From Nakamurella sp. (lineage in GTDB: Bacteria > Actinomycetota > Actinomycetes > Mycobacteriales > Nakamurellaceae): a DNA stretch of 64,000 nucleotides. Under the pieces are notes generated by a model. That model was not told where the DNA came from, ran no database searches, and saw nothing but the letters and a program-made list of their open reading frames with translations. Positions 60,856 to 64,000 of the stretch are shown one piece after another. Both the position numbers and the translations under genes were made by a program. Each line of letters begins with the position of its first letter. Positions within the stretch are counted from its first letter, which is position 1. The stretch spans positions 10,682 to 74,681 of the forward strand of contig JADGOY010000002.1 in the NCBI GenBank assembly GCA_017882715.1, given 5' to 3'.

Positions 60856-61871
60856 ACATCGACCAGCACCTTTCCGACCACCCCCGCCTCGACCGCGGCC
60901 TGCCCGGCTGCTGTTCGTTCCAGCGGGAATCGGTGCAAGGGTAGACCGACGGTGTGACCGACGGACAGCGCACGGTCCGCAACAGCTGCGGAAACAGCCT
61001 CCACCGCAGCATCTTTCGCCGCGTTCGGGACGGTGTAGACAAGCACGAACTGGTAGCGCACATTGGCTGTCATGTTCTCCCGGACGCGCAGCGTCACCTC
61101 GTCGCCGCCGTTGTTGGCGTAGATCGCAACCACCGCGTTGGGCGCGGCCACCGCCGCATCGAGGCGCGCATTCGCCGTCGGCGCGACCTCGACAACGATG
61201 TCCACCCCGTCGGGTGCTATCCGCCGGATCGCCACCGCGGCGTCCTCCGCTCGGTAGTTCACCACGTGGTGCGCTCCCGCCAGCCGGGCGAGTTCCGCCT
61301 TGTCCGGACTGCTCACCGTCGTCACCGCGGTGCCACCGGCCCACCGGACCAGCTGAATGGACGCGTGACCCACCGCTCCCGCGCCGCCGGCCACCAACAC
61401 CGTCCGCCCGGTCAGCGCTCCCGGGTGCAGGCGATCCGGGCCGCCGTCGGCCACCGTCAGGCATCGATGGGCCGTCAACGCCGGAATCCCCAGGCTCGCG
61501 CCGAGATCGAACGACGCGGCATCGGGAAGCGGCACCACCTGCCGTTCCGGTAGCACGACGAGCTCCTGCGCTGTGCCGTCGGCGCGCCGCCAGGCCGCTT
61601 CCCAGAGCCACACCCGTTGCCCAGCGCTGAGCCGGCGCACGCCGTCACCGACGGCATCGATCGTTCCGGCACCGTCCTGGTGCGGCACCATCTCGGGGAA
61701 CGGCGTGGGCGCACCGGCGGCCGCACCCTGCCTGGCCTTCCAGTCCGTCGGGTTGATCCCGGACACCCGGACCCGCACCCGGACCTCGCCTGGCCCGGGT
61801 GCCGGCAGCGGGCGGTCGGTCAACTCCAGGACGTCCGGTTCGCCGGTCTGCCGGTAGACGATCGCCCTCAT
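60852..61871 (-). CDS. NADPH:quinone reductase (MDR/zeta-crystallin family)
   Basis: GINPTDWK, PHQDGAG.IDAVG.GV, LGIPALTAH, GGAGAVG, GKVLV. Confidence 0.92.
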   Translation of the reverse strand: MRAIVYRQTGEPDVLELTDRPLPAPGPGEVRVRVRVSGINPTDWKARQGAAAGAPTPFPEMVPHQDGAGTIDAVGDGVRRLSAGQRVWLWEAAWRRADGTAQELVVLPERQVVPLPDAASFDLGASLGIPALTAHRCLTVADGGPDRLHPGALTGRTVLVAGGAGAVGHASIQLVRWAGGTAVTTVSSPDKAELARLAGAHHVVNYRAEDAAVAIRRIAPDGVDIVVEVAPTANARLDAAVAAPNAVVAIYANNGGDEVTLRVRENMTANVRYQFVLVYTVPNAAKDAAVEAVSAAVADRALSVGHTVGLPLHRFPLERTAAGQAAVEAGVVGKVLVDV

Positions 61872-62030
61872 CGCGGCCACAGCCCCGCGGTTTTCATCGA
61901 ATGACCCTCCTTTGATCTCCGGTATCCGAGTGTGCGCGCTCGGCAGCGCCCGCCGCCGGGGTCGTTGTGTGCCATCCGGACCTGCCTGCAGTGTGGTACC
62001 CCTCGCGGGTGGCTCGCTAACGTTCTCATC

Positions 62031-62432
62031 GTGCCCCGATTCGGCCACACCATCCTCTACGTCGAAGACCTGGACGTCTCCGTGACGTTCTACCGTGATG
62101 TCGTCGGGCTGACCTATCGGTTCACCGAGGCCGGCTACGCCGAGTTCGACACCGGCCCGACCCGGTTCGCGCTGTTCGAGCGGCGGCGGGCGACGTGGCT
62201 GACGGGGCAGGAGGTATCGCCGGGACCGGCGGGTGAGGTTGTGTTCCTCGTCGATGACGTCGACGCTCTCGCCGCGGACCTTCGGATGCGCGGGGTGGTG
62301 ATGCGTTCCGCCCCGACGGACCGCCCCTGGGGCCACCGCACCCTGCACATCGCCGACCCGGACGGATTTGTCGTCGAGTTCGCGCAAGTCATCCCGCGAA
62401 TTCGTCAGCGCCGGAGCCGCACCGCCGAATGA
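62031..62432 (+). CDS. VOC/glyoxalase family protein
   Basis: ILYVEDL..SV.FYRDVVGL, PTDRPWGHRT..IADPDG.VVE. Confidence 0.88.
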   Translation: MPRFGHTILYVEDLDVSVTFYRDVVGLTYRFTEAGYAEFDTGPTRFALFERRRATWLTGQEVSPGPAGEVVFLVDDVDALAADLRMRGVVMRSAPTDRPWGHRTLHIADPDGFVVEFAQVIPRIRQRRSRTAE

Positions 62433-62474
62433 GCACGACCCTCCTCGGCACCGTCGACTTCGACCAGTCGAGCG

Positions 62475-62797
62475 TCAGCCGTCCGATCGCGAGAATCGTT
62501 GCCAGAGACTGCGTTTGCCGTCCCTGCTGTTTTCTCTCTTCGACTTGCCCGACGCCGCGCGGGCGAAGTCCTCCTCGGTGAGCTCGGCAAGCTCCACGAC
62601 CTCGGCGGCGACCACCCCGATCAGCCGGCCAATGTCGACGATCCGAGTGCCCGCTTCGTCCGTCGCCCCATCACGTGGCGCCACCGATTCCCGAGCGGAC
62701 CGGGTGCTCAGCCGGAGCGCCTCGTCCAGGTGCGTGCCGGAAAGCTGATCGCCGAGTCCGGCCTGCAGTGCCGAGGCATCGAAAACATGATACGAGG
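62475..62797 (-). pseudogene. 3' fragment of a hypothetical gene truncated by IS relic
   Basis: Coding-like frame SYHVFDASALQAG...KRSLWQRFSRSDG* whose upstream part runs into IS256 antisense sequence. Confidence 0.45.
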
Positions 62798-63046
62798 GCG
62801 CTCCGGCGACGGCCGCAAGGAACTCGTCGCGTTGACCCACGGGTATCGGGAGTCCACGGAGTCCTGGGCCGGTCTGCTGCGTGACTGCAAGCGCCGGAGG
62901 ATGCGGCCCCGGTGCTGGCCATGCGTGACGACCATGGGTGACGACCATGGGTGACGACCATGGGTGACGACCATGGGTGACGGCGCGTTGGGGTTCTGGG
63001 CGGCGGTGCGGGACGTGTTCCGGAAACCCGTGAGCAGCGGTGCTAC
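62798..63046 (+). mobile_element. IS256 family transposase internal fragment
   Basis: DGRKELVALT.GYRESTESWA.LLRDCKRR.M..PVLA..GDGALGFWAAVRDVF.ETREQRC across frameshifts; no ends visible. Confidence 0.88.
62919..62983. repeat. 13-bp tandem repeat x5 inside IS256 relic
   Basis: CCATG(C/G)GTGACG(A/G) units. Confidence 0.92.
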
Positions 63047-63139
63047 GGGGAGTTACGAACAGTGCCACTGCGGGTGATGGGACGACCGCGACAGCCTGCT
63101 GGTCATTGGTCTGATCGCCACCGCAGCGTGACGGCGGCA

Positions 63140-63455
63140 TCGATTCGGGGCGGCCGCCCTGGGCATCTATCGGCATCCGAGGTCGCACGCCGGCTCAGTC
63201 CGGTGATGGATCGGGTGTCGGATCTGGCCGGGATGCGGCTGTTGCTGCAGCGGTGGATCGCCGAGGACGCCCGCCCGGTGCGGCCGGCGGGGCGGTGGGC
63301 GATCCAACGCTGCGGCGATGACCGGGCATCATCGGTGGGGTGTACCTTCTGCCGTTGCCGCCGGGCCGTCACGATCTGGAGATCGGCTGGCAATTGCATC
63401 CCGATGTGTGGGGCCACGGGTTAGCGATCGAGACGACGCACGCCGCGGTCAGACC
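63140..63455 (+). pseudogene. GNAT (RimJ/RimL-like) acetyltransferase, frameshifted and truncated
   Basis: EVARRLSPVMDRV.DLAGMRLLLQRWIAED...GRWAI / LLPLPPG..DLEIGWQLHPDVWGHGLA.E. Confidence 0.78.
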
Positions 63456-63899
63456 GGGGAAGTCCGGGCGGCGGCCACCGTCCGCCGTAACTGCAGGGAG
63501 TGGGTCGGGGAAACCGGCAAGTACGAACGCCGCCGGGTGGCTCAGTTCCCTGACTTCGGGTTGACCCTGCAGGTCCACCGGCTCCGCCGGGCCGATCTGG
63601 ACCGGTCAGCCCAGCAGAACCACCTGCCCGGCGCCCCGGCCGGGCGCACGACCAGTGATCTCGCTGAATTCCGTATCCGGTGCGAGTACAGAAGCCTCAC
63701 GGTTCTCCGGCGGGCCGGTACAGCCACTGCGCGTGCGGCTCCGGGCGGCCGCAGCCACCGGCGGACCGTCGACTCGGGCCGCCCGCAGAGGAAAGCGACG
63801 CGCGGCCTGTTCGGCGTGGCGACGCGTGCGTGCCGATGCCCGCTGCGACACTGCCGGTTATCGAGGGACCCATGTTCGGGGTGGGTGGTGAAGGTGAGG

Positions 63900-64000
63900 G
63901 TGCTGCTCGAGGAGTTGACGATCTGTGTCGGTGACGGCTGCGCAAATCGCTTCGCCGACGAGGCCGGGTCGGAGGGCTACTGCCCGTCGTGCCTGGCTTT
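63900..64000 (+). CDS. Partial ORF with C-x4-C...C-x2-C (possible zinc ribbon), runs off window
   Basis: GTG start after AAGGTGAGG; LLEELTICVGDGCANRFADEAGSEGYCPSCLA. Confidence 0.35.
   Translation, partial: MLLEELTICVGDGCANRFADEAGSEGYCPSCLA

Noticed and set aside
61872-62387. 171-aa N-terminal extension of the quinone reductase ORF
   Set aside because: Antisense to the VOC gene; MRAIVY is the typical family start

Overview
High-GC actinobacterial chromosome segment. A Nakamurella-like or related sporoactinomycete origin is my inference from gene content, not a database result. The window is mostly conserved core synteny: (i) lexA 3' end, tatA, hflX-dapF-miaA, DUF349, miaB, gluABCD, rny-recX-recA, DUF3046, MFS/TetR, pspAM; (ii) gcvP with a tandem glycine riboswitch and the Rv1822-Rv1830-like cluster (pgsA2, DUF881 x2, DUF1290, gcvH, garA, two MerR regulators, DUF151 nuclease); (iii) Nudix, chorismate-binding enzyme, UDPGP-type uridylyltransferase, aldR/ald, OsmC, MprF/LysX-like protein, Sdh1-type succinate dehydrogenase operon, quinone reductase and VOC. 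Between the intact core genes lie many decayed relics: a TIGR03084-like gene, two broken paralogs of a septum-formation-domain gene, two oppositely oriented type I HsdR fragments beside a vapBC pair, a LacI/ABC sugar operon, an AbiEii-like stub, an IS256 fragment and a GNAT. Short tandem duplications are unusually frequent at gene boundaries and relic junctions. No tRNA, rRNA, CRISPR array or intact mobile element was seen. I found no unambiguous new multi-gene system. The best leads are the Cys-rich septum-formation paralog array, the HsdR-scar/vapBC hotspot, two unannotated small ORFs, the giant repeat-built N-terminus of the DUF349 protein and a readable MerR/PafBC/LexA regulatory layer. 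All family assignments are from motif recognition by eye.
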